NCBI RefSeq assembly: GCF_009914755.1
Contig: NC_060929.1
Direction: 5' to 3' (one strand)
Length of the DNA: 64,000 nt
DNA from: the human T2T-CHM13v2.0 reference genome, Homo sapiens
Below the pieces are notes generated by a model. That model made no database searches. It saw only the letters and a program-made list of their open reading frames with translations, and was not told the DNA's origin. The translations under genes were made by a program, and so were the position numbers. Shown here piece after piece: positions 14,411 to 37,408 of the stretch. How positions within the stretch are numbered: the first letter of the stretch is position 1; each line of letters opens with the position of its first letter.

Positions 14411-17400
14411 ATAACACAATATCAAAATTTTATGCAATACCTACAAATTTAATAAAAGTTGTACAAAGAATTACTGACAGAAATTTCAAGACCTAAGCAA
14501 ACAAAAGAATCATATTCACTGACCAAGAATACCACTTTTACTGCTGTGAGTAGAAAATATTGTGCTAAGCCAAAAAAAAAAAAATAACTGAGCATTTTTC
14601 TTTAAGCTCTATACCAGCATGTGCTCACATCAGAATATTTATTAAACAGTCATCCTTCTATGACCTTGAATTTCTCTTAATTACAATTTAGGAGTGCATA
14701 AATTGACTTAAGTGTAGCTTTTGGACAGCATTGAAAGTTTCAGATACAGATGGATACAGATGGAACTACAAGGCAGCCCTGTGAGGGATAATTAGAAAAA
14801 GTATAATATTAAGAGAGTTAGGCATTTGTAAAGCAGGTAACCTGTTTGACAGAAAAAGAATTAAGGTTATTTACAACAAAGACTCCGGAAAGGTAAAGGA
14901 AGATAGGAGAGAGTAAAGCCCTTAGTGCTGATCTATGCCAGGTGTGCGAGACCCTAGTTAGGTATCAAAATAGCCTGTACAGTTCTGTTTTTGTTGTAAT
15001 TTGGTTTTGTTTTGTTTTAATACATTTGTCCTGGTCTAAAGACTTGCACAATTTCTGGGAGTGGCCTTCTGTATAGCAGTTATTCATACAGGTCTCTGTT
15101 GGTTCTGTTAGAGACAAAGTTGAGTTACTGTGGCCTGGCTGTGCAAATACTCTTGTTTTCCTTTTCTACCAACTTTAAAAACAACACTAAAATAAAAACA
15201 AAATGTGTCATGTGAAGCAACTCATGTATGTTGCTATCTCTTGGATCCGGAAATATACTGACAAAATTGAAATGGAAGACCAGAGACAGAAAAAAACAAA
15301 AAAGCAATTTCTCACCATGCATATTATTTGAAACAAAAGAAATTTAAGTTACTGACATCTTGTTTGAACATCTTGTTTGGAGATTTCTAAAATCAAGTAA
15401 TAATAAGTAACAGTAAATGGTACTGTGCCCATTATTATACTTTTAAGCTGTGTTAAATGTTAATGATATTGTCTTTAGCAATTTTTATTGTTTTTAGTGA
15501 AAGAAAAATATATTCACATCAGAGCATGGTTACCATTCATATTCTTCCTTTAAAGTCATATTTTTCATCATAAATTCTTATTACCTTGGTATATTTGGGA
15601 CTGCTATGGTTGGGGCTATTTCAGATAACAAATAATTGCAAAGAAGTATTTACTTTTCATTGAAATATTCTTTAATTTTGTTTTATGACAGGATTGAGGT
15701 ATGCCCTCAAACATTATTTCAGTGATTATTGTAGATAAGTATTCGAATCTTTCATCTGTTGGATATCTGGATAAATCAAATGGCCTGGCCATGGCAAACC
15801 ACAAAATCCAGTTTCGTAGAGCTCATTTGTTTCAATGAAAGATTTTAATTAATCATATTGGTTGCATCACAATGATTTTGAAGTTACTTTGATATTAAAT
15901 AAAAAAGAATTCTTATATAAGCAATGGTAATAAAGTACTAAAGTATTAATAAAGTATTGAGAATTTGAAATTGACTAGAGAATTCAAAAATGAGAAGAGA
16001 CAAGTCAAGGTAAATTCCCTCATATTCACATCTACACCTTATGGGTTACAAACATTTGAATTCTGAAAGATAATGCTGGCACGACTGTGATGGTCAATGG
16101 GTTTATATCAAATAAACTATATTGTAGTTTATAAAATGGTTTTCTCTTACTATAGCCAATTAAAATCTTAAAAATAGAGTGTGTAATGTAGTACAGATTT
16201 TAAGTTGCCTTTATATGGCTTATGCTTCTTGTTATATTTGTGTTTTGGGGGGAATTCTTGGCAAGAGATTAGGTCCACATCTGATTTTATGAAATGAATC
16301 AACAATGACAGTAAAGTAATAAAGTCAACATAATGATTTAATTGTCTATGATTCACATAAGTCACTTAACAATTATATTTGTTTAGTGGTATGTTTATCA
16401 TAAAGTTAATATGTTTCCAGATTGTTCAAGTTTTATATTGTTATATTTTTCAAATTTCATTTTATGAATAATGATAATTTATATTCCCTCAAACTTCCAT
16501 GTATTACCATAGTTGATCTTTTCTGTTCATTCTCTGTTTTGAAAGAAATCTGACTTTTTACTTTCAAACATCTAGTTTTCATTATCTTGGAGCTAATTCA
16601 ATCGCTGTGATACCTGGAAAAAATTACATTTTTTATCTTTTAGTTTGTAAGGAGACTTTTGAACCTGAAACAGAAACTGAATATTTTTGAGATTCACTAG
16701 ATGGATTGGTTTTCTTAATATGCATTTGGTATAGTAATAATAACGTGTTATCTTTCAGGTATAATTTTCAATTCATATGAATATGAACAATTTATATTGA
16801 AATGCTGTGGCGTTTTTATTTGTTTAGTTCTTAGAAAGGGTAGCTGTTCTATGGGTTTACAGAGACAAGATTTTTATACATAATTGGAGATACTAGATGG
16901 AAGTAGTTTGGCTAAAAAGGAAAAAAAATTCTATTTGATTGAAGATGGAGGGCTGAGCATACATGATGACTTCTTATCCTTCCTGACACCTCACCTCATA
17001 GAGGCATATACATAAAGGAATAGATCCATGCAGCAAAGAAAATCAGAGAGACTTACTAGCACTTGGTATGTTTTCAAGAAATTACTAGGAGAAGGAAAAA
17101 TGGGAATGAGCTAACTGATGGAACAAGCAGTGCAGAGGAGGAGATGGGAGGGAACTGATCAGCCTGCCTGAACCTTGGAGAGTCTCTCTTCTGAGAATCT
17201 GCAAGGATGAAGATACAGAGCTCAAAACAGGAGACTCAATTAAAGGACCATATCTGCAACTGGGACAATTGGCTCACCTACTTCACTTTTACAACCCAGA
17301 TTAGAAACCAGTCTGATTTCAGTTCTTCTGAGCAATGAACCATATGGGAAAGGGTGACGTTTCTGTTGTGCCTCTTGGCATGCCACTACTAAGCCTACAT

Positions 17401-17700
17401 TATTCTGGCTTGGGTTGGGGGGTGCAGTTTTCCTACCAGTTCCTGCCTTAAGTGAAATTCCTGCCTAAAGTGAAGCTTGCCCGTATCCAAAGCTACCCAT
17501 GTGCACAGAGCTCCTAGTTAATGCTACCAAGTAGGCAAGAAGATAGGTGCAACCTGTTTTTATTATTATGCTTGTTCATTGTTTTCTGAAGCTGTCATTT
17601 CAAATGCTTGATTTTTCCATTATGTTCTTACCTTCAGTTTATTGTTCATTAAGTATTTGTTCCCCATTACACAGATTTTTCAAAAATTAAAGCAGACTCT

Positions 17701-21958
<4,258 letters not shown>

Positions 21959-22177
21959 AGCAGACTCTATTTTCAAGAGAAGTAGTTGAGTCTTAGGAGT
22001 CTGCAGAAACTACTTTTACCTCTGAAGACATTTGCTAATATGTTGATGGGATATAATTTAGGAACAATTAGTGTTTACATTTTATCATTTTAGTTTGAAT
22101 TTAATAATAGCATAAGCTAACACTGTTATTTAATAGTGTACGTAAATGCTAACTGAATATATATGTATTCAGTTACT

Positions 22178-22269
22178 TATTCTTTATATCTTACAGGCAA
22201 AAAAGATACAACCCATGAGTGCTTACTTTTTCGGGTTGTACCTTTTTTGCCTGTAAGCCATAAAGAGTA
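22178..22269 (+). ncRNA. MIR12130: Pre-miRNA-like hairpin; probably the annotated hsa-mir-12130 locus
   Basis: Arms 22190-22214 and 22233-22257 are complementary at 24/25 positions, with an 18-nt loop and a basal extension. The 3' arm CGGGTTGTACCTTTTTTGC matches my recollection of miR-12130; the name is unverified. Confidence 0.55.
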
Positions 22270-23012
22270 TTTTATTAAAACATTAAGAAATGTTAGTCTC
22301 ATTAAGTAGAAGAGAAGAACATAATTCTTATGTTTAAGCCATTTAGTAGTGGGAATTGAATGTAGTGTTCAGAAACGTTGCAGTTAGATCCACTCTTAAT
22401 TTTTCTCATTTCCTTAAATTTCATGGATATGCATATTGAGCTATTTTCGTATTCAATCTCAGCTAAATAAAGTAGCGCAAATATGCATGACTGAAATTAC
22501 CTTCTATAAAAAGTTCCAAAAGCATTTGAAAAATATCCCACGGGTGATAAGTCTGTAATATTTTACTTTATTAAAATGCTGTACCTGGCTTCTGAGTGGT
22601 TATCTAAGAAGAAGAAAAGAATCTACAGTATAATGAGAGTTAACCATGTTTTGTCCAAAATGATTTTGAATCACCGTTCGGACAGATCTTGAAGACTAGT
22701 GGAAACTTCAAATGGCAGTATCGAACTTCTGTTCCTTTTGGGGTTGTTGAGTATATGAAGAATATTATTTTTCTGTGTCTGACAGTCGGTAGCTTTGACA
22801 TGATTATAGTGAAGTATAATTTAGATGTTAGTTTTAACTATAATAGACTGTAACTCCTTGTATTTTGGGTGCTGTAGAAATTACCTTTCCCTTTGCATGT
22901 ACGTGACAGTTAAGATCTGAAGAATCTTGATTAATGGTTCTTGGATTTATGTTTAAAGAAATCAAGGATGGGCATTTTTCTCATCTCCGTCTTTGGCATT
23001 TGAAACAATATA

Positions 23013-23742
23013 CAGGTTGAGTATTCCTTATCCAAAATGGTTGGAACCAGAAATGTTTCAGATTTTGGATTTTTTCATATTTTGTAATGTTTTCATACAC
23101 GTAATGAGATATGTTGGGATGGGACCCAAGTCTTAACGTGAATTCATTTATTTTTTATGTATATCATAAACATATAGCTTGAAGGTAATTTAATGTAATA
23201 TTTTGAATAATTTTGTGCATTAAACAAAGTTTGCATACATTGAATCATCAGAAAGCAAAGGTATCCCTGTCTCAGCCAGCCACGTGGATACTCTGTGGTG
23301 TTTGGCATCACTGTCATTCCTGACTCTGAATTTGTATGCTACTGATAAACAACTCTTTTATTAGACTTACTCACACATATGTACTTAACAGTGAAAAAAA
23401 TGAGTTCAGAGTAACTAAGCAGCATAATAGCATCAAACAATGGCAGGCTTTCGTACTTTACCTACAGTGCTGTTTTTGTTAAAAGGTTACTCTACTCTGT
23501 ATTTTATTTTTTTTAGGTAAGAAGAAATATTGGAAACATTTGAGAGATCAAGAAATGGGTCCTCTAGGGATGAGGAGACCTTCTGAATAAACTATGTCCT
23601 GTGTTCCTGCATTTTGACAGCAACCCATCACATAAGGCCACTTACGGAATTTTCTCCTTGTAGTGTCATGTCAGTGCTCAAAAACTTTCAGATGTTGGAG
23701 CATTTCAGATTTCAGATTTTCAGATTAGGGATGCACAACCTT
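23013..23742 (+). mobile_element. Tigger4 (Zombi/MER46-type) internally deleted DNA transposon
   Basis: TA-flanked termini CAGGTTGAGTATTCCTTATCC ... CAGATTAGGGATGCACAACCT. Confidence 0.8.
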
Positions 23743-24559
23743 TACAAAGGGCCTTTATAGAGATTTTAAATATATAACTTGTTGTCTACTGAGTAAAAGA
23801 TGGGCTGCTTCTGTTTTTCTCCTAACAATATTTTCAGCTTCTGTACTAACCAGTTCCAGATGTTCCACGATAAAGAAATATTTAATTTTCATATGAAATT
23901 TATGAAAGGAAAATGCATAGGAGGGCATTTTAGCAAAACAATAAGACAAAACAGCTTTTGACAGTTGGTTTGCTATTAATAAGTACATAGGAGTACACAG
24001 TAAATGGAAGGCTCATTTAGACCCTTAGAATTTTTCTTAGCAGGGGGCCCTTTACCTGAAATCATGGTACTAGTTTTAAACTTCATGTTCTTTTTTGTAA
24101 AGACATTTAAGGCGATCAGCTCTTTTCAAAATTAGGTTAATTTTTCAGAAAGAAATAATATATCAAATAAAAGGAATATTATGGTGGGTTCAGATGAATT
24201 TTAATTGAAACATAAGCAACAGAAAATTTTAAGATTCTTATATGTGGACCACTTTGTATAATGTGCCTACAAGGTAAAGATTTTGTGGTCATCTGAATTT
24301 TGGGAGAAGTAATTTTCCAAGAATTAATACTTAAGCTTTTTGAATCACAGTTTTGTATACCCAATTTCATTATTTGGTTCTGTGCGATATAGAATGTTCA
24401 AGGCTAACTATAATCATTTTTGTCCAATTTGTTTTAAAGAGGGTTCAGCAGCTCCAGGAATGGTATAATGGTGAATGATGTTTCCATATCAATACAGATC
24501 TACAAATATGAGTATATTTGAAGAAAAGCAAATTCATATTGAATTTAAAGGCATATAAA

Positions 24560-26570
<2,011 letters not shown>

Positions 26571-28344
26571 TTTTAAAGTAAAATGTAAAAATACAGATTT
26601 TGAAATTAAGAGAACTAAGAGATGATGAAACCATTTCAATGGAGACTTATCAACATATTATGAAGGGAGGAAAATGTGCTGAATATTGCTGATGTTTAAT
26701 GAATTTAGAAAGGACATTTATTTAGCATTAGCCTCTGTCACCAATTTATTATTTTTCCCTGTGGAAACTAATGACTTTGGAGAAATTTCTTGGGTAATGT
26801 TTATTGTTAGTCATCCTGTTTAAGAACAACTTGCTTAAGGTGATATTTTTATTTCATGGTAGCAAATGGATTGTTTTGACATATTCAGTATGGACCCATT
26901 TAAAGTAGGCATGTTATTTTCAAAAGTGCCATGGCATGTCAGTATCTTGTAAATTCTAACTTAACCAATATTAAAGAAGTAAACCTTCATGTACTTTAAT
27001 GGAGATCACAAAAGAACTTCACTGTCTTGTTCTATGCAAGATTTAGTAAAAACAGAGTATTAGGTGTTATAGTAATGGTCATGCAAAGCAGTAGCTCATC
27101 TGTACAAGAAAATTAATGGTCTTCTAAAATGGCCAGAGATTTGTTTATAACTTCATTTTAATTAATTACATTTTTGGAAAATGAGTTGAATTTAAGATTA
27201 GACCCCAGGCTTGAATTTGTCATATTTTTTATAATGGTATTTTGAAACAAAGTTTGCTAATAGATGTTTAAAAGAGAGTAAGAAAATATTTACATAGGGT
27301 TTATTTGTGGAGTAAGTATTGTGTCTTTGTCATTATTCAAAAATAGAAAAAAGTTGTGAAGCAACATGTTCTCTTTGTGAATGTTGAAAATTACTAACAG
27401 ATCTGTGCGATTGGTTTTGTATGCCTTGTGAAGACTTGCCAAATTTGATTTTATTTTTCTCTTTTACTTTTTTCTAGTAAAGCCAAGTCCTACTTGAGAG
27501 ACATCAGTAGCCTATGGAAATTTGTTGCTTTTCTTTGAAAAGTGCACCTGCATCCAAAACTGAGTAAAAACATATTTCACGAAGAAAACTATAACTAATT
27601 AAATTTCTCAGTACTACCTAATTTGCCAATATAACTAGTTTTGGTTAAAAAGAAGTTGATTATAATGTTCATAACTGTATATTGAACAGAAAAACTGGAT
27701 GCAATCAGAAATCATAGGTGTAGTCAAGGAGATGAAAATTGTAGATGTGACCGTTGCTATTTCCTTTTAAGGTTTCCTAATCTTGCCTAGCGTAATGACT
27801 GAGTTTTATGGGTATTTGGAGGATTTTCTTGTTCCAGGTGGTGGTCATCCTCCTTATTTTATTTTTTGGTAAGGCTAGGAGTAATGTAGATGTGTATTCT
27901 TCTCATAACTTAGTAAAACTCTTTTATCAAATTGGTCAGTGCAGCCTGCAGCTGGGGACTTCTAAAAACATGTTACCATGACTAGAAATTTTTATTTCAG
28001 TGCACTTACTTGACATCTTTCTGGTTATTATTGACCAAAACACTTGACTCCTGCCTCTTCTTTCTTTTTATCCATTTTGTTGTCCTTATTTTGCATATTT
28101 TTGCATATGTACAGATTTCTGGCTTCCTCATTCCTATCAACAACCAGAATAACTTTTAGTGGTCTAACTTGTATCTTCACTTATCAACTTAAACTGTTCT
28201 TTTTGAAATGTTACCAGTGGGTTCAGTGCTCCTGTCTCTGTTCTCTGTCTCTGGATCTCTCTTCAACCTTTGGTTCCACTGGCCAGCCATTCTTAACTGT
28301 TTCGGTTTCAGAAATATTTTTTCCCTTTAGTTTTATAATAATAA

Positions 28345-28600
28345 TTAGCTAATTTTTCTTGAGCACTTACTTTGTATCTTTGACTATTCTAAGCACTTTA
28401 CATGTCATATGATCTTTAACACAATCCTTAGAGATCTAAGTTTGTATTATTTTTTCCACTTTCAGATAAAGAAGGTAAGGCACAGAGAGGTTAATTACTT
28501 TGTTTGAGGCCACACTAATAAGTGGTAGAATCAGGATTCAGACACAGGCAGTCTGACTAAAGAGCTGGTACTTTTCCTCTTTAGATGCTATACTATTCTG
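28345..28600 (-). mobile_element. MIR (other MIR pieces at ~7440-7540, ~8730-9000, ~32100-32300, ~63330-63510)
   Basis: CAGATAAAGAAGGTAAGGCACAGAGAGGTTAA..ACTT core; CAGGATTCAGACACAGGCAGTCTGACT. Confidence 0.7.
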
Positions 28601-29659
28601 ATGAGTGTCTCCTCTCATCTTTTTCTGTTTGGATCTAGTTGTGTATATTTTCATTTGCCCTACACTTACCTGGTTAGGTTAAAATTTCTACATCCCTCAA
28701 AACTGCTGAAGTATCAGTTAAAAATATAGTTTTCAACAGAATAGAAGTTTAATACATGTTGTGAACCAATTTCTTCGTGTTGCCTTTTGAAATTAAATTT
28801 AAAGAGAGCAGTCATTAATGGCTCAAAGTTAGACCTAAGAGGATTTATAGGTGATGTGTATATGTGTTTTTGTTTTATCCATCATTCTTCAGTTTCTTAA
28901 TTACCAATACTATACCAAGACAAATGCCTGCATTTCATCATTAACCATTAAAATATGATTTTCTTAGAGTTGAAGATTGAATTTAGGGCCAGTTTTTTCA
29001 AGTACATTAATTATGTTTAAATGTGTAAGTCTACTCATTATAAAAGTGAATTATTTTGTAAGTGTTGGTTATTAAGTCTGTGTATTCCCAAGATTTTCAG
29101 TCTGAAGTGAGCTGCAGATACAATGCCTAAGCATTTTGTCCTTTGTATTTTGTACCAGCAAAATGAAAATCATTTTTTATAGCCTCATTACTCATTCCCA
29201 AAATGACCTGAGGTACCAGTTAGGTCCATTTGCACAATATCTGGCAATATTTCTATGTCAAATATGTTACAATCTGGTATTTAAAATGGCCACTGTAAGT
29301 ATTATCAGGCACTATTGTTCCTTTTTAAAAAACAGTATAAAATTTGAAAACAGTGCTTTGGAAATTATGTCTTTAGTGGCTGTAATATAAATGGTTAACC
29401 TTACAAAGGGAAAACATGAAATTGTTTGAAATTGGTTTATATTGGTTGTCATGCTAAACATATTTTTTAATAGTTTGCTTATTTGGTTTGATATTGGTTG
29501 TCATGATTTAAAATGCTATGGTTGTGTAGAAGTTCTTCACGAATATATAAGCCGTTTTTACTTACACATATATTTTAGAAAATGAATAGTTTATATTTTT
29601 GCTGTTGGAGGACTTTTTAAAAACATCTATGAAACACTAAGATACGTCTGAATTGGAGC

Positions 29660-30425
29660 TGAGGACTAAGCTCTCATTTATCTTGCCCAAATTCCTACAT
29701 AAGGGATCTAGAGAGTCATGCCCTACAAACCATAAATTCTCATCAGATGGGTTTTATTTGACCCTATGTATCATGACTTACTTTTCAATCTGACTCTGGC
29801 ATAACATTACGAGACAAGGAAAAAATATTTAACCCCAAAATATATTTCCTTGCCATACCTTGAAATTGCCCTGCAAAGTCTCTTGTGGGAAAAATCCACA
29901 TCTTATAGAGAATCCCCTTTCCTCTTTGTTTTCCTTCCTTTCTTTCCAGATCCAGGCGATAATCAACTAAGAGCCAGGCACCCTTTTAGGTCCGATAAGA
30001 AACATTTTACAGCCTGCTCTCTCTCTGAAGTCTGCTCTCTGAGAGATTCCTCTGCCCAATAAAACTTGGTCTCCACAATCGTTTTTCTTAACTTGAACAT
30101 TCCTTTCCATTGATCCCAGGTCTTGAGATAAACTCGACCAATTGTCAACTAGAAAATATTTAAATTTACCTATAGCCTGGAAGCTCCCCGCGCCCCTACT
30201 TTTTGTTCTCCTGCCTTTCTGAACCAAACCAGTGTATTTCTTAAATCTATTTGATTGATATCTCATGCCTCCCTAAAAATATATAAAACCAAAATGTACC
30301 CCGACCACCTTGGGCACATGTTCTCAGGACCTCCTGAGGGCTGTGTCACAAGCCATGGTCGCTCATATTTGGCTCAGAATAAATCTCTTCAAATGTTTTA
30401 CGGAGTTTGACTCTTTTCGTCGACA
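29660..30425 (+). mobile_element. MER4-group (MER4D/E-like) ERV1 solo LTR
   Basis: TG...CA ends (TGAGGACTAAGCTCT ... TTTTCGTCGACA) and a 4-bp TSD GAGC (29656-29659, 30426-30429). TATA-like TATATAAAA ~30280 and AATAAA ~30378. Confidence 0.88.
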
Positions 30426-33081
30426 GAGCAAACCGTACTTCCTGAAAAGATTAAGAGTTAGACAGCTAGACTTTATTCAGAGTGTGAACCTATGTACCTA
30501 CTATGTAAAATGCAAGAGCTTTAGAGCCTTTAACTAAAGGAGTGGCCCCTAAATCAAGTCAAACTCTTCTGTTTCCCAACTACCTCTTGCTGTATAGGAT
30601 CCATCTGGCTCTGCTTTCTCAGGTGTACATTCTTAGAGGAATTTTAGTGATTAAAGTACAGGCCTTGGTGCTGGGGGAAGAAAGAGGGTTTTCTTCTGCA
30701 GGTTTGTTAAACTGTAATTCAGGTCAAATTTCGAATATACGTATGAAGGCACAAAAGTGTTTAATATTTTAGTTTATTCCCTTTAGTAGTTACAAAAATT
30801 ACTGCTTAGTGAAAACTTAGCATCAGGATATCCCTTCACTAAAATCTAGGTCTGTAATTTGACAATTCATTTCACAGCACCTGACATTACTGTTACATTC
30901 ACTGTAGCACTTAGCATGCAAAGATTATATTTTCTACAACTCTCAGTCTCCTCTGTTATTGGATGATGCGAGCGCATTAACTACAAAGTCATGTAAAGGT
31001 CAAGTCAAGGCTTAATTTGAAAACAGAAGCCTGAGACCCATCCGTTTACATAACAGACACAGCACTGTGGTCTCCTGTGTGACTGTTAGGTCTGAGCACT
31101 GCCCCATATTGCTAATTTCTCACATTGCTTTTCTTAACATTTTTTTTCTTTAGGAGCTTGATGGAGAGATATACCATTTCTGTCAGGTTTTGCAAAATGT
31201 CTTGAGCTCCTTGAAAAATAGATGTCATGTAAATGCAAAGTACGGTCAGTTCTTTTAGCCTAAGACATTATTTGATTTTTATAGCAAGTCTATTCCATGT
31301 AAATGACATGCAGTCATATAGCTTACCATGAATACGTTCATGTCCTAAAAATCTCAGATACTGCCTATATTCAGAGTAGCTAACATTTAATTTTGTTTTC
31401 ATGTGTTCTTTGAAAAGAGTAGGGAAAATGTTTTTTATATTATTATGGCTTAATCTCTGGATTTGGTCACCAGTGAAATGAATTTCATAGCCTCATTCTA
31501 TTACAGACATTTTGTCTGCTTCACAAAATAACACAATTTTGCATTATTGGTGGTCTGTGTTCAAGAGACATTACATCTAAAGAGAGCTAGAAATTGCAAT
31601 TTAATACTAAGCAATGTGATGTGGGAAAGGAGGCCAACTCTCCACATGCTCTTTCTGCTAGAGCATAATATTCTGCATATTGACTTTTTTTTCACTATCC
31701 CCAAAAGTCAGGATTTTTCATTAAGTTCTGATAATACTGTTGAAATTGACCTTGATTATTCATGTAAAGGGCCTCTCAGACAACCTATAGGTATGAGAAT
31801 AGCTTTCAGAATTGTAATCATATTTAGGTTATATTTAAGCAGTGATGTTACACACTTCCCAAAAAGTAATTTATTGGGACATTTACATAACTCTGTGTAC
31901 TTAAATTTATCTACTTATTGCTTATTTAAAACATTACATATGAGAGTTTGTGTTTTCCTTACTCACCATTTTCCATACGGCTTTATTTTCCTCTTAGTTT
32001 GAAAACTTAAAAAAAATTCAAGTTAACAGGCATTTATTAAACATCTGTTGTATTCAAGGCCCTGGGCTACGTACATGTGGAACATAAAAAATGATGATGA
32101 TGACAGTGATTGCAAACACTTGCAATAAGTCCTCATATTGCTGTCAAGTAGGTGCTGTTGTTATGCCATATTACAAATGAAGCAGATGAGCCATAGAATA
32201 TTTCATAATTTGCTCAAGGTCACACAGCCAGTGATTTGAGAAGACTGGCTTAAAACACATGCAGTTCGACACCAGAGATGACACTCTTAACCACTGTGCT
32301 ATACTAAAATGAAGACAAGATCCTACCCTTAAGAACCTTTCATCCTACTAGAAAAGTGGTAATACATATTCAGAGAAAAAAACAAAAAGAAAACAGTAAG
32401 TCAGTATGTGTTAGGTGCTGCATTACTGGCTCAAATATGGAAGACATTGGTGCTCAGAAAGAGATGTATTTCTTTTGGGAGGTGGGGAAGGCCTCCTGGA
32501 AGAAGTGTTTTAGCTGACCCTTAAAAAAGCGGCAGGATTTTGTCAAGTGAAGTTAATTAGAGGAAGACCTTCTCCTTAAGGGGGCAATGAGAACAAAGGC
32601 ATTGTTTTCAGGAAAATGCAGTGCCCAAAGTTAATTTGACTATATGAAAAAGAAAAATATTTATACCTATGCAGACCTTTGAATGTAATGCATGTTTTCA
32701 TTTAAAATTAGAAATTTATATAATTTTTGAGGTATTATGGATCCAAATTGTAGATTTTTTAAAGGTTAAGCTGTTATATTTTTCTTTTTAACTAAAGGGG
32801 TATATTTCAATGGAAAGGAGTTGCCCAAACTGAAATCCGCAGCGATGCTAAGGAATAACATTTATTTCATATGAAAATATTGTAAAATATTTTATGGATA
32901 TTGTTTTTTACATCTAATCTTAACATTATCTGTAAGCTGAACTTTGATGCAGTAGTAGTAAACCTACTTTCTACAGGAACTACTTCTATTACACTCTTTA
33001 ATTTAAATCTCTTTCCATAACCTGTCAATATTTAAAGTACAACAAAAGGTAGTTGCACTCAGAATAAAAATTTGTTTTCAC

Positions 33082-35537
<2,456 letters not shown>

Positions 35538-35540
<3 letters not shown>

Positions 35541-35850
35541 TTAAAAAGATAAAAATGCTTAAACAGAAAAAAAATTGGTTTTTACTGTCATGAATTTTTC
35601 CCACGTTTATGTTTATTAACAACTGACACAAACAAAACCTGTACAGAAAGTACTCTTTATTATACACTTTATTTCAAAGTACTGAAATAGTGTTTTATGA
35701 TCATAGTATTTCTAGAGGAAAGATTTTCTCCCAAGCCTTTAAGGGGAAAGCTAATCCACTTGGAGAAATTTTGGGCCACCCACCAAACCTGTGATTTCCT
35801 GCCCCAATTTATGAACCAAGTTATACTGAGATCGTTAAATGGTGTGATTT
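35538..35850. repeat. Long inverted repeat, left arm (partner 37409-37722)
   Basis: Manual alignment to the reverse complement of 37409-37722: about 12 differences in ~314 bp. Confidence 0.95.
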
Positions 35851-37090
35851 CTCCTTGTGACTTTCACATTTTACTTTATAGGTTATATTGACTTTTAGAT
35901 TTCAGGTAGTAAAATAAAAAATCTTATGCAGTTCACGTTAGAAAAATTGGATTAGTCCAAGTGATATTTTCACCTGGTATTTTTTTTCAGGCATTTCAAT
36001 GTTACTTTTTATTACATTTATAAAATTATATGTTTTAAATTGTATGGTTTTCCCTTATCTTTTTGAAAAATACCATACTGATTCATCTCAAATATTTTAG
36101 CCTCTTCTTAAGTTTCCCTTTCCCCTCAACTTTTCCGTAAGCGCACAAAAGAAAGTATTGATTTTTGCCAATTATTTTGGTTGCTGAGGTTGTAAGCCAT
36201 CTTGGTTTGCTTACATGTAGGTTATTAAAGTACCCTTCCTAGTCTGACTTGCCAGTCTTACTTCTCTACCTTTTGTTAGAGGAATAAGGGATGAGGATGA
36301 GAGAATTAATATATATTTTTTACCCCATTTCTGCATATTTTAATCCCATCTCCAGAAACCAGGTTAATTTCACCTCTGTCACAAATTTGAAAGGAAGGGA
36401 AAAGATGTATTAATTGCCATTTTTATTGTTATTTTCTGACTTTCAAGCCTTCTAATCTAAGGTTAGTAAATGGACAGCATTTAAAAAAAATATTCTTGTT
36501 ATCTTGACATAATGAAGAATTATGTTTTTGAGTATTTTGTCCATTGTTTCTTATTTCCTACTTTACATTTTTATTTACAGCAAGGTTTTATCCTTTTACT
36601 AAAGGGAAGGAGATGGGATGAATGGCAGACTTTAACTGGATGCTTTATTTAGGCTTTTCGAAAGCAAAAAAAGTTTATACATTGTTACAGCTGGGTGTTG
36701 GGTTACAGGCTGTTTGTTATATTCATGTATTAGTTCCTGTTATTTTAACATTTTAAATATTTCATAATTGAAAAAGGAAAAATTAGACTGGGACCAGTTT
36801 ATAGAAAGCTTTAACTTCTAGGCAAAAAAGGTAGAACTTTACAGTTGGTTGTGGAGAAGATATTGACTGTCTTTTGTAGAGAGTAGCATTTCGAAAAACT
36901 GAATTTGGCGTCTGTATTTAGAACGGTCTAGAGAATGGAGATACTGATGAAAAGGAATGTTAGCAAATTCAGCATTCTGATTTCTGAAAAATGAGTGCTT
37001 AGATTAGGTAGTGGCATGGGGACTAGAAAGAACAGGGATGCTGCTGCTTTGTATAATCATTCCCATTATATAAAGGTTATATATAAATTA

Positions 37091-37391
<301 letters not shown>

Positions 37392-37408
37392 TTATATATA
37401 AATAAATA

